A DNA stretch of 64,000 nucleotides from Silicimonas sp. (GCA_050299835.1 JBNKWP010000016.1:7885-71884); one strand, 5' to 3'; positions 28,633 to 39,345 are shown, counted from the stretch's first letter. The notes: generated by a model from the sequence alone, not told the origin. Translations and numbers: made by a program.

Positions 28633-29414
28633 ATGGAAACGCATTGGTTACCGGCGCGGGCAAGCGCCTTGGACGCGAAATCGCGCTTTATCTTGCCGAG
28701 CGCGGGCTGAACATTGTGATCCATTACCATAACTCGGAGGAAGAGGCCGCTGAAGTAGCGGCGCTGTGCGAAGACCTTGGCGTTCGCGCCGCCACGGTCT
28801 TTGCAGATCTGACGGTGGAAGAAGACATGCAGGCTCTTGTTCCGAAAGCCGTCGAAGCCATCGGTGGCCCACTTTCCGTCCTGGTAAACTCCGCCTCCAT
28901 CTTCGAACATGACACGGTGCAAACCGGCACCCGCGAAAGCTGGGATCGTCATATCGAGTCGAACCTGCGCGCTCCGTTCGTCCTGACCCAGCACTTCGCG
29001 GAACAGGCACCCGGTCCCAAGGTGGGCGGAGAGTGGAACGAACCGACGGCGCGTGCGCTGATCGTGAACATGGTCGATCAGCGCGTCCTCAAGCTGACGC
29101 CGCATTTCACTTCCTATACGATTGCAAAGACAGGGCTATGGACCTTGACGCAAGTCAGTGCCCAGGCCCTTGCTCCCGCCGTCCGCGTAAACGCGATCGG
29201 TCCCGGTCCGACGATTCAGGGAACCCGCCAATCGCGCGCGCATTTTGCGGGACAGCGGGCGAATACAATTCTTCAACGTGGGGCAGACGCGTCGGACGTG
29301 ACACATGCTTTGGGTTACTTCCTCGACGCGCCCAGCGTGACTGGACAGCTCATCTGCGTGGACGGAGGGCAGCATCTGGGATGGCAAACGCCGGATGTGC
29401 GCGGTGTGGAGTGA
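28629..29414 (+). CDS. SDR family oxidoreductase
   Basis: ATG at 28629 overlaps the upstream TGA. TGAGKRLG cofactor motif, Y-x3-K (YTIAKTG) and an NAIGPG block. Confidence 0.85.
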   Translation: MNGNALVTGAGKRLGREIALYLAERGLNIVIHYHNSEEEAAEVAALCEDLGVRAATVFADLTVEEDMQALVPKAVEAIGGPLSVLVNSASIFEHDTVQTGTRESWDRHIESNLRAPFVLTQHFAEQAPGPKVGGEWNEPTARALIVNMVDQRVLKLTPHFTSYTIAKTGLWTLTQVSAQALAPAVRVNAIGPGPTIQGTRQSRAHFAGQRANTILQRGADASDVTHALGYFLDAPSVTGQLICVDGGQHLGWQTPDVRGVE

Positions 29415-29712
29415 AGCCCCGACGGAAGCAAAGGTTAACGAGGGACGGTAAGTTTTGCACCGGGCGGGTCGCTGTCGCGGAAGTGTCATAAAAAATCTAC
29501 GAAAATCAATCATTTCGCCGCGCTTGAAATAAAAATTCAGCAAAAACAGACAGTTACGGGCGCGCCTAAAAATTGAGCAAAACTTGAGATGGCATTGAAT
29601 TCAGTGAAAAATCTTAGGGTGGAAACGGCTTGTCCCACGCCTTATCCACAGTTTCTGTGAACAGCTTTACCCTTGTGCTGCACCGGCAGAATGTGCAGCC
29701 AGTTCTAGAATC

Positions 29713-31578
29713 ATGACTGACCCGAGCGAAACTCAAACCCCGACCGGATACCCTGTCATTCAGAGCTTTCTGAAGACGCTGGATGGCTCGCCGGGTGTTT
29801 ACCGCATGCTCGACCGCAAGGGGGCGGTGCTCTATGTCGGCAAGGCTCGGAACCTGCACGCGCGGGTTTCGTCCTATGCGCGTCCGACCGGGCATTCGCC
29901 CCGCATCTCCCGGATGATCGCGGAAACCGCGTCGATGATGGTCCTGACGACCCGGACCGAAACCGAAGCCCTTCTGCTTGAGCAGAACCTGATCAAGCAG
30001 TTGAAACCGCGCTACAACGTGCTTTTGCGGGACGACAAATCATTCCCGAACATTCTTGTCTCGAAAGAGCACCGATATCCGCAGATCATGAAGCACCGGG
30101 GCGCCAAAAAGGAAAAGGGCAACTACTATGGTCCCTTTGCCAGCGCCGGCGCGGTGAACCGGACGCTGAACCAGTTGCAGAAAGTGTTCCTGCTGCGGAA
30201 CTGTTCGGATGCGACATTCGAGTCCCGGACCAGACCCTGCCTGCTCTACCAGATCAAGCGATGCAGCGCGCCGTGTGTCGATTACATTTCCAAGGCGGAT
30301 TACGACGATCTCGTTTCGGATGCCGAAAGGTTTCTACGCGGACGGACGACCCATGTTCAGGAGAAGCTCGCCGAAGACATGCAAGCGGCTTCGAAGGCAA
30401 TGGAATTCGAACGCGCCGCGGCGTTGCGGGATCGTCTGAAGGCGCTCACCTTCGTGCAGGGGACCCAGGCTGTGAACCCCTCCGGTGTGGCGGAGGCGGA
30501 TGTCATCGCGTTGCATCTGGAAGGCGGGCAGGCCTGTGTGCAGGTATTTTTCATCCGCGCCAATCAGAATTGGGGCAACCGCGACTATTATCCGCGAACC
30601 GGCGTTGGAGCGGACGCGTCGGAGGTGATGCAGGCATTCATCGGCCAGTTCTACGACGACAAGGAACCGCCCCGGCAACTTCTTCTATCGGACGCCATCG
30701 AGGACACGGATCTGATGTCTGAGGCTTTGTCCGGCAAGGCTGGCCGGAAGGTCGAAATCCTGGTGCCGCAGCGAGGCGAGAAAAAGGAACTGGTGGCCGG
30801 GGCGCTGCGAAACGCCCGCGAAAGCCTGGCGCGCAAGATGTCGGAGACCGCCACGCAGGCGAAGCTGCTCAAGGGGCTCGGAGAGGCCTTCGATCTCGAC
30901 GGCCCGCCTCGGCGGATCGAGGTTTACGACAACTCCCACATTCAGGGCACCAACGCGGTGGGAGGAATGATCGTCGCCGGGCCGGACGGGTTCATCAAGA
31001 GCCAGTACCGCAAGTTCAACATCAAGGACACGGAACTGACGCCGGGTGACGATTTCGGCATGATGCGCGAAGTTCTGACACGGCGGTTCAAGCGTCTGTT
31101 GAAAGAGGACCCGGACCGGCAGGGCGAGACCTGGCCGGATCTGCTGCTGATCGACGGCGGGGCCGGACAGGTGAGCGCCGTGCATTCTGTCTTGGCGGAA
31201 CTGGGTGTGGAGGATGTTCCCATGATCGGTGTCGCCAAGGGCGAAGATCGCGATGCGGGCAAAGAGGAATTCTACCGTCAGGGCGCTCGGCCGTTTGCGC
31301 TAAGACGTGGCGACCCGGTGCTCTATTTCATCCAGCGGATGCGCGACGAGGCGCACCGCTTCGCGATCGGAGCCCATCGCGCCAAGCGATCGAAGGCGAT
31401 CGGAGCGACGCCGCTCGACGATGTGCCAGGCGTTGGCGCGACCCGCAAGCGTGCGCTTCTGGCCCATTTCGGTTCGGCCAAGGCGGTGAGCCGTGCCGAT
31501 CTTAACGACCTCAAGGCGGTCGATGGCATCTCGGATTCGCTGGCCGAGACGATCTACGACTTCTTTCACGCCAGCTAG
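29713..31578 (+). CDS. uvrC: excinuclease ABC subunit C
   Basis: GIY-YIG N-terminus ([21 protein letters not shown]), a UVR domain and a C-terminal endonuclease/HhH region. Confidence 0.95.
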   Translation: MTDPSETQTPTGYPVIQSFLKTLDGSPGVYRMLDRKGAVLYVGKARNLHARVSSYARPTGHSPRISRMIAETASMMVLTTRTETEALLLEQNLIKQLKPRYNVLLRDDKSFPNILVSKEHRYPQIMKHRGAKKEKGNYYGPFASAGAVNRTLNQLQKVFLLRNCSDATFESRTRPCLLYQIKRCSAPCVDYISKADYDDLVSDAERFLRGRTTHVQEKLAEDMQAASKAMEFERAAALRDRLKALTFVQGTQAVNPSGVAEADVIALHLEGGQACVQVFFIRANQNWGNRDYYPRTGVGADASEVMQAFIGQFYDDKEPPRQLLLSDAIEDTDLMSEALSGKAGRKVEILVPQRGEKKELVAGALRNARESLARKMSETATQAKLLKGLGEAFDLDGPPRRIEVYDNSHIQGTNAVGGMIVAGPDGFIKSQYRKFNIKDTELTPGDDFGMMREVLTRRFKRLLKEDPDRQGETWPDLLLIDGGAGQVSAVHSVLAELGVEDVPMIGVAKGEDRDAGKEEFYRQGARPFALRRGDPVLYFIQRMRDEAHRFAIGAHRAKRSKAIGATPLDDVPGVGATRKRALLAHFGSAKAVSRADLNDLKAVDGISDSLAETIYDFFHAS

Positions 31579-32033
31579 GCTGCTCGGGGTCGGGAAGCAC
31601 CTTGGACACATCCGAATTCAGAACGATGGAGCGCGATGGCTGGCCGGCCCCTGTCAGTGCGTAAAGCGGTCCAGCGAGACCAGGTGAGCCGCACCCTGGA
31701 GCAATTCCGGGACTGATTGGATCGCTTTTCTCCGCCTCTCGGCTGCGCATCGAACGCGAAAAGCGATACGCGTTTCCGACTGACCCGGAAACGCTCGAAG
31801 GGAACCGGGACGAGTGCGGCGCCACGCGATACGCCCGGACGTGAGCCGCGACATCAGAGCGACACTCGGCCTCGGCATATGCTGTCCAGCATGACAGAAG
31901 CTGCATCACTCAATCCATGTTTTGCGGGCGTGTGACGCACAGGTGACAATATCGGCTGGAAACCGCGGGTTCCGGAGGCATTGAGTTCTTCCGGTACTTC
32001 CCCTCTATGCCCGCGCGGATTAAGCAGAAGACA

Positions 32034-32714
32034 ATGACCTGGAACATTCCGAATATTCTCACAGTTCTGCGGCTTCTGGCCGCTCCGGGCGTTGTGCTTC
32101 TGTTTCTGTATTTCACCCGACCCTGGGCTGATTGGTTTGCGCTTCTGTTGTTCGCCGGTGCGGCCATTACAGACTGGTTCGACGGCTATCTTGCGCGGCT
32201 CTGGAAGCAGGAATCGAAATTCGGCGCCATGCTCGATCCGATTGCCGACAAGGCGATGGTGGTGATCGCACTTCTGCTGATCGCCGGGCTGTCCGGTGTG
32301 CACCGACCTGATGGAATGGACCCGTGGATTCTCCTGCCCGCAACGGTCATCATTTTCCGCGAGGTCTTTGTCTCGGGGCTGCGGGAGTTTCTGGGCGATA
32401 CGGCCGGTACGCTCAAGGTCACGAAACTGGCGAAGTGGAAAACCACGGTACAGATGGTAGCCATTGGCGTTCTTTTCGGAACCGGGATCTTCGAGCATAT
32501 GCTGATCGAGCGCACCGTTGGCATGGACTCGTCGGTCTATGCGGAGATCATGGTGGGCGGAGATGATCCGTTGAACCTGCGAGCTATCGACACCGCCTAT
32601 TGGGCAACCTGGTGGATCGGCGTTGCATTACTGTGGGTTGCGGGGGCTTTGACGCTGATCACCGGAATCGACTATTTTCGGAAGGCCTTGCCGCATCTGA
32701 GGGATGGCCCATGA
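32034..32714 (+). CDS. pgsA: CDP-diacylglycerol--glycerol-3-phosphate 3-phosphatidyltransferase
   Basis: CDP-alcohol phosphatransferase motif D-x2-DG-x2-AR...G-x3-D-x3-D (DWFDGYLARLW...GAMLDPIADK). Conserved uvrC-pgsA adjacency. Confidence 0.9.
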   Translation: MTWNIPNILTVLRLLAAPGVVLLFLYFTRPWADWFALLLFAGAAITDWFDGYLARLWKQESKFGAMLDPIADKAMVVIALLLIAGLSGVHRPDGMDPWILLPATVIIFREVFVSGLREFLGDTAGTLKVTKLAKWKTTVQMVAIGVLFGTGIFEHMLIERTVGMDSSVYAEIMVGGDDPLNLRAIDTAYWATWWIGVALLWVAGALTLITGIDYFRKALPHLRDGP

Positions 32715-32959
32715 TCGACGTTCTCTATTTCGCCTGGCTGCGTGAACGTATCGGAGCGCCAAGCGAGCAGATCGAGACCAGCGCCGCGAACGTGCGCGGA
32801 TTGGTGGAAGAACTGAAGGAGCGGTCCGAGGCCCACGCGCTGGCCTTTTCCGACATGACTGCGGTGCGCGTTGCCGTGGATCAGGAATTGACGGAAATGG
32901 ACGCGTCACTGGATGGCGCACGCGAAGTCGCCTTCTTCCCTCCCATGACCGGCGGATGA
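32711..32959 (+). CDS. moaD: molybdopterin synthase sulfur carrier subunit
   Basis: 82 aa ubiquitin-like protein ending in GG. ATGA overlap with pgsA and 4-nt overlap with moaE. Confidence 0.85.
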   Translation: MIDVLYFAWLRERIGAPSEQIETSAANVRGLVEELKERSEAHALAFSDMTAVRVAVDQELTEMDASLDGAREVAFFPPMTGG

Positions 32960-33396
32960 AAGTACGCGTTCAAGCCGAGCCCTTCGACATGGGGGCGGAG
33001 GTCGAGGCGTTTGCCGCCAATGTGGACGGTGCAGGTGCGATTGTCACGTTCTCCGGTCTGGTCCGGGATGAGGGCGGCACCTTGAGCGCGATGGAGATCG
33101 AGCACTATCCGGGCATGACGGAACGGGCGCTGCAGAAGATCCGCGCCGAGGCGATGGAAAGATGGCAGCTTGCCGACGCATTGGTTATTCATCGCTTCGG
33201 TTCACTGAAGCCGGGCGAACAGATCATGATGGTTGCCACAGCCGCGCGTCACCGGGCGGATGCCTTCGCGGCGGCGGAGTTCCTGATGGATTACCTCAAG
33301 TCCCGCGCACCTTTCTGGAAGAAGGAATTCGCTGCGGGTGGCGAAAGCTGGGTGGCCGCGAAGGATGAGGACGAAGACGCGCTGAAGAGGTGGTGA
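32956..33396 (+). CDS. moaE: molybdopterin synthase catalytic subunit
   Basis: MoaE blocks GAIVTFSGLVRD, EHYPGM and APFWKKE. Confidence 0.9.
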   Translation: MKVRVQAEPFDMGAEVEAFAANVDGAGAIVTFSGLVRDEGGTLSAMEIEHYPGMTERALQKIRAEAMERWQLADALVIHRFGSLKPGEQIMMVATAARHRADAFAAAEFLMDYLKSRAPFWKKEFAAGGESWVAAKDEDEDALKRW

Positions 33397-33456
33397 TGCA
33401 CTCGCCCGCATCGCCGGTCTCACCGGGAGCGGGGAGACAGTGACCTACACGGTACC

Positions 33457-33495
33457 GCCTCCCCCTCCGTTACGGAGGGGGAACGAGGGGGAGGC
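33457..33495. terminator. G/C-run hairpin between convergent moaE and hrpB (bidirectional terminator candidate)
   Basis: GCCTCCCCCTCCG-TTA-CGGAGGGGG followed by GAGGGGGAGGC. The first arm can pair with either downstream G-run. Overlaps the hrpB stop codon. Confidence 0.5.
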
Positions 33496-35891
33496 TATCC
33501 ACGATCTCGCCGCTTTGCCCTCAGCGTTGGATCAGCCACGCGAGGGTTCTCGGGCCAGGGGTGCTTGGGATAGCGCCCGCGCATGTCCTTGCGCACATCG
33601 GCGTAGGACGTATCCCAGAAGCCGGGCACATCCATCGTGGTCTGCAATGGGCGGCCAGCGGGTGACAGCAACGTGACCCTCAGGGCGCGACCAGCCACCA
33701 CGGGGTGGTGCGTTGTCCCGAACATCTCCTGCAGACGCAGTTCGATCTCCGGGTCGTCCCGGCCATAGTCGATGGGAATCTTCCGGCCCAACGGTGTCTC
33801 GAAATGCGCCGGGGCCTCTCTGGCAAGCAATTGTTGCTGATCCCATGTCAACATGGCTTCAAGCGCGGGCTTGAGGTTGAATGACTTCCAGGCGGCGGCG
33901 GTTCGGATGCCCTTCAGAAATGGCTTCAGCCAGATCTCCACCATCTCCAGAAGCGCCGCGTCGGACATATCAGGCATATCATTGCCAGCTTCGCGCATAA
34001 GTGCCACACGGGCGCGGAACCTGTCGGCTTCCGGGTTGACCGGAAGGCCGAGGTCCCGGACACCATCGAGCATCGCCGTGGCCACCGCATCCTCTGGCGC
34101 CTCGCTCCAGTGGCGGCTGGACAGCACTAGCGCACCAAACCGTTCCTCGGTCCTTGCCTCCACCTGTCCCCTGCGTTTCGACCAATCGGCTGTCGAGACG
34201 ATCTCGATCTGGTCGGCAAAAAGCGAACGCAGAGCACTCTCGGTGATCGGCACGGCGTTTCGGATCGTCGCCTCGGTCGGATGACCGTCCGTGTCGGTCA
34301 CGACAAGCAGGCGAGTCGCGGCGAGAGGGTCGCCGGGATCCATCTTCGCCCCCTTGCCGCCCGAAAGCAGCCAGCGCGGTGTGTCGCCGGGACGGCGGAG
34401 GCCAATGCGATCGGGATAGGCCAGTGCCGCCTGTTCGGCGAAGTCCGGGATGCTGCCTGGGCCTCCAAATCGTTTCAGGCGTCGCGTTTCTGCGCGAATG
34501 CGTTCCAGAGCAGGGGACCGATCCGATCCCCGCAAGGCATCGAGCCGCAGGGTCAGATCGCAACCTGCTCCCCGGAGCGGGTCGCGGTCGGAGAGTAATG
34601 CGGCAAGCGGTGCCGCAGCGGCCCCCGCAAGGTTCAGCATATGTGCAAGCCGTGGATGCAACGGGACACGCGCGACGGACTTGCCGTGCTTTGTGATCCG
34701 GGCGTCCTCGGTCAGCGCCCCGAGGCTGCGAAGCAGCGCCCGTGCTTCCGCAAGCCCGCGGTCCGGCGGTGGCGTCAGGAAATGCAGATCGTCGCTGCCC
34801 CATTCCGCCATTTCCAGGGCAAGCCCGGACAGATCGGCTGTCTCGATCTCGGGCGGGGGAAAGGCTGCTAGCGCCCCCTCTTCGCCCTTCGTCCAGAGCC
34901 GGTAACAGATCCCCTCGGCAACCCGGCCCGCGCGGCCGCGGCGCTGGATCGCTTCCGCCCGCGTCACCTTTTCAGTCACAAGCCGCGACATGCCGGAGCC
35001 GGGATCGAAACGAGCGCGTCTCGCAAGACCACCGTCGATCACGACTTCGATGTCGGGCAATGTGAGCGATGTTTCGGCAATGGCCGTGGCCAGAACCAGC
35101 CGCCGCCGACCCGAGGCGCGAAGGGCCTTTTGCTGCTGGGCAAAGGGCAGTGCGCCGTAGAGCGGCAGTATCTCGATCCCGGTGAGGTCACCCAGACCGG
35201 CCATCACCCGACGGATCTCACCCTCTCCGGGAAGGAAGGCCAAGAGGCTGCCTTCGGTCTCGCCCAAAGCGCGAAGGATCAGGGATACCATATCGCGGTC
35301 AAACCGCGCGTCCCGCGCGCGCGGCTTGTCGAGCCAGCGGGTTTCAACCGGGAAGCTCTTCCCCGCGCTGGAAAGGAGCGGTGCATCCATCAACCGGGCA
35401 ACGGGGTCCGCATCGAGCGTGGCGGACATCACCAGAAGGATAAGGTCGGGTCTGAGCGCCGCACGGCATTCCAATGCAAGCGCAAGTCCGAGATCCGCAT
35501 TGAGAGACCGTTCGTGGAATTCGTCGAAGATCACCGCGCCGATTCCGTCCAGCGACGGGTCGGACTGGATCATCCGGGTCAGGATGCCTTCGGTGACCAC
35601 CTCGATGCGGGTGGCCGGGCCGGACTTCGCCTCCCCCCGGATGCGGTATCCGATGGTCTCGCCCACTTTCTCGGCCAGGGTTTCGGCCATGCGTGCTGCT
35701 GCTGCGCGGGCCGCGATCCTGCGCGGTTCAAGCATCACGATCCGTCCGGAGGTGAGATTTGCCATGAGAATGGCCAACGGAACCTGTGTTGTCTTGCCCG
35801 CGCCGGGTGGGGCCTGAAGCACGGCCATTCCTCTGTCGGCAATTGTGCCAATCAGATCGTCCAGAATGTCGTGGATGGGAAGCTCCGCCAT
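33495..35891 (-). CDS. hrpB: ATP-dependent RNA helicase HrpB
   Basis: DEAH-box helicase motifs (APPGAGKTT, DEFHERS, SATL, TAIAETSLT, QRRGRAGR) plus an HrpB C-terminal domain. Start chosen at MAELPIHDIL. Confidence 0.9.
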   Translation of the reverse strand: MAELPIHDILDDLIGTIADRGMAVLQAPPGAGKTTQVPLAILMANLTSGRIVMLEPRRIAARAAAARMAETLAEKVGETIGYRIRGEAKSGPATRIEVVTEGILTRMIQSDPSLDGIGAVIFDEFHERSLNADLGLALALECRAALRPDLILLVMSATLDADPVARLMDAPLLSSAGKSFPVETRWLDKPRARDARFDRDMVSLILRALGETEGSLLAFLPGEGEIRRVMAGLGDLTGIEILPLYGALPFAQQQKALRASGRRRLVLATAIAETSLTLPDIEVVIDGGLARRARFDPGSGMSRLVTEKVTRAEAIQRRGRAGRVAEGICYRLWTKGEEGALAAFPPPEIETADLSGLALEMAEWGSDDLHFLTPPPDRGLAEARALLRSLGALTEDARITKHGKSVARVPLHPRLAHMLNLAGAAAAPLAALLSDRDPLRGAGCDLTLRLDALRGSDRSPALERIRAETRRLKRFGGPGSIPDFAEQAALAYPDRIGLRRPGDTPRWLLSGGKGAKMDPGDPLAATRLLVVTDTDGHPTEATIRNAVPITESALRSLFADQIEIVSTADWSKRRGQVEARTEERFGALVLSSRHWSEAPEDAVATAMLDGVRDLGLPVNPEADRFRARVALMREAGNDMPDMSDAALLEMVEIWLKPFLKGIRTAAAWKSFNLKPALEAMLTWDQQQLLAREAPAHFETPLGRKIPIDYGRDDPEIELRLQEMFGTTHHPVVAGRALRVTLLSPAGRPLQTTMDVPGFWDTSYADVRKDMRGRYPKHPWPENPRVADPTLRAKRRDRG

Positions 35892-36046
35892 GTGGAACTC
35901 ATAGCGATGCGCGCTGCGGCGGGCAATTCGGCGGCGTGCGCAAGCCGGAAACAGGGCCGCGAATTCGCAAATTGCGGTACTCAGGCGCAGATCGATGCAA
36001 TCCGTCCTCTGGACACAATGGATTGGCCAAGCCAAGGTCCGCGGCA

Positions 36047-37033
36047 ATGACAAAGATCGAGAATCTCGCAGACGGCGTACTCGCCGGAGACCGGCGTAAA
36101 CTGGCGCGCGCGATCACCCTTGTGGAAAGCGGGCGGGACGATCACCGGGCAGAGGCGGATCGCTTGCTGGAGCTTTGCCTCGGCAGCGGGAAGGAGGCGC
36201 TGCGAATCGGGCTCTCCGGCACACCCGGCGTCGGAAAGTCGACCTTCATCGAGGCCTTCGGTTCGCTCCTGACTTCTCACGGAAAGCGCGTGGCGGTTCT
36301 GGCAGTCGATCCGTCCTCTTCGCGCTCGGGGGGCTCTATCCTGGGCGACAAGACGCGGATGGAGCGGTTGGCCCGAGACCCGAATGCGTTTATCCGTCCG
36401 TCCCCGAGCCAATCCGAACTGGGTGGCGTCGCCCGCCGGACCCGCGACGCCGTGGCACTCTGCGAGGCGGCAGGCTTCGACGTGGTTCTGATCGAGACGG
36501 TTGGTGTCGGTCAGTCGGAGACCATCGTGTCGGCCATGTCCGACATTTTCCTGCTGCTGATCGGCCCCGGCGGTGGCGACGAATTGCAGGGGGTCAAGCG
36601 CGGGATCATGGAGATCGCGGATTTTGTCCTTGTGAACAAGGCTGATGGCGATCTGAAGGCGACAGCGACACGAACCGCGGCGGACTATGCAGGGGCCCTG
36701 CGGCTTCTGCGGAAACGCGAGGGCGACCCGGAGGACTTCCCGAAAGTCATGAGCGTGTCGGCCCTTGAAAACTCCGGGCTTGAGGCGGTCTGGGACGAAA
36801 TCGAGGGTCTTGCGGACTATCGTAAGCAAAGCGGATTCTGGGCCAATCGCCGCAAATCGCAGGCGCGGGGCTGGTTCGAGGATGAAGTGCGGCAGGGTTT
36901 GTTGCGACAGCTTGCCCGCAACGCGGAAGCGGAAGCGGCGATGCTGGCTCTGCGCGCGGAAGTCGAGGCGGGCGACCGCGCGCCCGGAAGTGCAGCGTCA
37001 GAAGTGCTGAGGCGCCTGTCGGAAGGGCATTGA
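36047..37033 (+). CDS. meaB: methylmalonyl-CoA mutase-associated GTPase MeaB/ArgK
   Basis: P-loop GTPGVGKST, block ETVGVGQSE and NKAD specificity motif. ATG at 36047 within ORF 35786. Confidence 0.85.
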   Translation: MTKIENLADGVLAGDRRKLARAITLVESGRDDHRAEADRLLELCLGSGKEALRIGLSGTPGVGKSTFIEAFGSLLTSHGKRVAVLAVDPSSSRSGGSILGDKTRMERLARDPNAFIRPSPSQSELGGVARRTRDAVALCEAAGFDVVLIETVGVGQSETIVSAMSDIFLLLIGPGGGDELQGVKRGIMEIADFVLVNKADGDLKATATRTAADYAGALRLLRKREGDPEDFPKVMSVSALENSGLEAVWDEIEGLADYRKQSGFWANRRKSQARGWFEDEVRQGLLRQLARNAEAEAAMLALRAEVEAGDRAPGSAASEVLRRLSEGH

Positions 37034-37168
37034 CCGTCGGTTCCGGACTTGACGTATGCCTGGCGGGGACGTAATACCCGCGGACGAATTCAAGGGCAGG
37101 GCGTATCCCGCGCTGCCCGTTTGCATTGAAAGGGCTGCCGATCAGCCCGAGAGACCGAGGACAAGCCC

Positions 37169-37456
37169 ATGTCGCGCCGCTGCGAACTGACCGGAAAAGG
37201 CCCGATGGTTGGCAACAATGTCAGCCACGCCAACAACAAGACCAAGCGCCGGTTCCTTCCGAACCTGACGGAAACCGCGCTGATGTCGGAAACGCTGGGG
37301 CGGACCTTCCGTCTGAAAGTCGCCTCTTCGGCTCTGCGCACGGTGGATCACCGTGGCGGTCTGGATGCGTTCCTGCTGAAGGCGAAGGATGCCGATCTCA
37401 GCGACGCTGCGCTGAAGATCAAGAAAGACATCGTGAAGGCTCAGGCCACCGCCTGA
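37169..37456 (+). CDS. rpmB: 50S ribosomal protein L28
   Basis: [33 protein letters not shown] is a canonical L28 N-terminus. Confidence 0.95.
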   Translation: MSRRCELTGKGPMVGNNVSHANNKTKRRFLPNLTETALMSETLGRTFRLKVASSALRTVDHRGGLDAFLLKAKDADLSDAALKIKKDIVKAQATA

Positions 37457-37478
37457 TTGCCGGACTGCGAGATTGGTG

Positions 37479-37510
37479 ATGCCCTGCCGGATCGGCGGGG
37501 CATTTTCGTT
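37479..37510. terminator. rho-independent terminator after rpmB
   Basis: Stem ATGCCCTGCCG / CGGCGGGGCAT followed by TTTTCGTTT. Abuts the stop of the convergent gene at 37510. Confidence 0.65.
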
Positions 37511-38226
37511 TATTGGCGGGTCAGAAGTTCGATCAGCACGGTCTCGAAGCTCTCGCCCGCTTCGGCCCTGTCGATGAGTTCAAGCAATCCCTTTCGTCCC
37601 AACTGCGCCTCGATACTGGCGACCTCCGCTGCGGCCGAGGCATAGGCGCGTCCCACCCCCAATTCGTCATAGGCGTCGTCCCAATCCCAGAATCGCCGGA
37701 CCTCGCGAATTCTCTGCCGCGACACGGGCGTCACGTTGCCTTGCCAGTTTGGATGGTTGGCCACATGGGTGGCCAAGCCCTCGTCAAACCAGGTGGGATA
37801 GGGTTGTTTGACGAGATTTCGCAACCCCATCGAGCGGTGCAGTCGTGAGTGGGTCAATTCGTGGGTCAACGTGCCCGGTGTCAGTCCGCCCGGACCGATC
37901 AGCACCGCCATATCTGCGATCGACAGCCCGTTGCCGCCGATCCCGAAACTCGCGGCGCAATGCGTCGTCGCGCAAAGCACTAGGGTTGGATTTGGCGGGC
38001 GGCCTCCGAAAAAGGCCGAAACGCGGTTGCGGGCCGCACCGGTCAGGTCAAGAAATTCTTTGGCCCGCGACGGTGTGTCCGTCCAGACCCAGTCGGCAAT
38101 CTCGGCAAGACCATAGCTGCCGGGTGCCAGAACGCGATGCGTGCCCGGCAACGCTGCGCCGATGACAAGAAGCGCGAGGAAACCATTGGTCAGAAGGCTG
38201 AAAGTGCGGGCGGCGCTGCGTTTCAT
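37510..38226 (-). CDS. putative zinc metalloprotease-like protein (HExxH), membrane-anchored or secreted
   Basis: N-terminal hydrophobic segment, an HELTH motif and a downstream FDEGLATH. Start MKRSAARTF overlaps the GNAT stop (ATGA). Confidence 0.55.
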   Translation of the reverse strand: MKRSAARTFSLLTNGFLALLVIGAALPGTHRVLAPGSYGLAEIADWVWTDTPSRAKEFLDLTGAARNRVSAFFGGRPPNPTLVLCATTHCAASFGIGGNGLSIADMAVLIGPGGLTPGTLTHELTHSRLHRSMGLRNLVKQPYPTWFDEGLATHVANHPNWQGNVTPVSRQRIREVRRFWDWDDAYDELGVGRAYASAAAEVASIEAQLGRKGLLELIDRAEAGESFETVLIELLTRQ

Positions 38227-38519
38227 CCGCTCAGTACATCCGACCAATCCGTGTGCCGTCGAAACTGTGCGGCCGCGAACGGGCAAAGGGGCAGAATCTT
38301 GTAGCCGCCCGCTCGGGCATCCGCGACCGCACGGCGCACCAGGGCGACACCAACATTCTGTCCGCGATACAAGTCAGGCACGCCGGTATGGTCGATGATG
38401 ACCAGTTTGTCACTGGCACGCGAGTAAGTCAGTTCTGCTTCCGGCCCATCCGGATCGGGACGGGCGGAATATCGGCCCTTGGAACCGGTTTGGGTCGCGG
38501 TGATGGTCAGATCGCTCAT
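38223..38519 (-). CDS. small GNAT-like N-acetyltransferase (YjdJ type)
   Basis: 98 aa. The block VPDLYRGQNVGVALVRRAVADARAGGYKILPLCPF matches the single-domain GNAT-like family. Confidence 0.7.
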   Translation of the reverse strand: MSDLTITATQTGSKGRYSARPDPDGPEAELTYSRASDKLVIIDHTGVPDLYRGQNVGVALVRRAVADARAGGYKILPLCPFAAAQFRRHTDWSDVLSG

Positions 38520-38668
38520 GCTTCCGAACTAGCCGGAAATCTTATGACAATCGACCTCTTTCCCGCCGAACTCCGTCAGTACTGAGTCAGCGGGCAGTGC
38601 CAACGGGCGACTTGCCCTTCGATCCGAACTGTGGATTGCTCGGGCTTCAATTCTGGAGGGCACTCAAG

Positions 38669-39295
38669 ATGATCGAGCTATCAGTCTTGGCAACCTACGC
38701 ACTTATCGTTCTTGGCTTCGTTTTCATTCCCGGACCGGCGACGCTTCTGACAATCGCCCGCGCCGCCACCTCGGGCACGAAGGTCGGCATCGCCACAGGC
38801 GCCGGGATCACGGCGGGAGATTTCGTTCACACGATCATGGCGGTTGTGGGCATCTCGGCGATCATTGCAGCCTCCGCCACACTCTTCAGCATCGTGAAAT
38901 TCCTTGGCGCCGGATATCTGGTGTATCTTGGGCTTGTCGCGATCTTCAGTAAGGAAACCACGGATCTCGGGCAAGGTCGGATGCCCGTCACCGCGCCGCA
39001 GGCCTTTCGGCAAGCCATTCTTGCCGAATTGTTGAACCCCAAAACCGCACTGTTCTTCCTGGCATTCCTGCCGCAGTTCGTTGTGCCGGAGAACGGGTCG
39101 GTCATGACGCAGCTGACAATTCTTGGCATCGTCTTCGCCCTGATCGGGTTCTTCAGCACCATTGTCTATTCCTTCGCGGCCGGAGGTCTGGGGGCGTTTC
39201 TTCGGCGGCATCCTGCCGTGCTCAAATGGCAGGGCAAGGTCGTTGGCAGCATCTATTGCACCCTCGGCCTGAGACTGGCTGTACAGGAGCGCTAG
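38669..39295 (+). CDS. LysE family amino-acid exporter
   Basis: Start MIELSVLATYALIVLGFVFIPGPATL, the typical LysE/RhtB N-terminal PGP motif. About six TM segments. Confidence 0.85.
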   Translation: MIELSVLATYALIVLGFVFIPGPATLLTIARAATSGTKVGIATGAGITAGDFVHTIMAVVGISAIIAASATLFSIVKFLGAGYLVYLGLVAIFSKETTDLGQGRMPVTAPQAFRQAILAELLNPKTALFFLAFLPQFVVPENGSVMTQLTILGIVFALIGFFSTIVYSFAAGGLGAFLRRHPAVLKWQGKVVGSIYCTLGLRLAVQER

Positions 39296-39345
39296 GCACA
39301 TTGAGAGCGTTGACATCTGTCACTCGCGGATCAAACCTGCGCCGC

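Noticed and set aside
29642-29650. Perfect DnaA box TTATCCACA in an AT-rich region (with a second perfect box at 56666..56674), considered as oriC
   Set aside because: There is only a single box at each site, no strand switch of gene orientation around either site, and no dnaA/hemE/parAB-type neighbours. Two perfect 9-mers in 64 kb is not far from chance.
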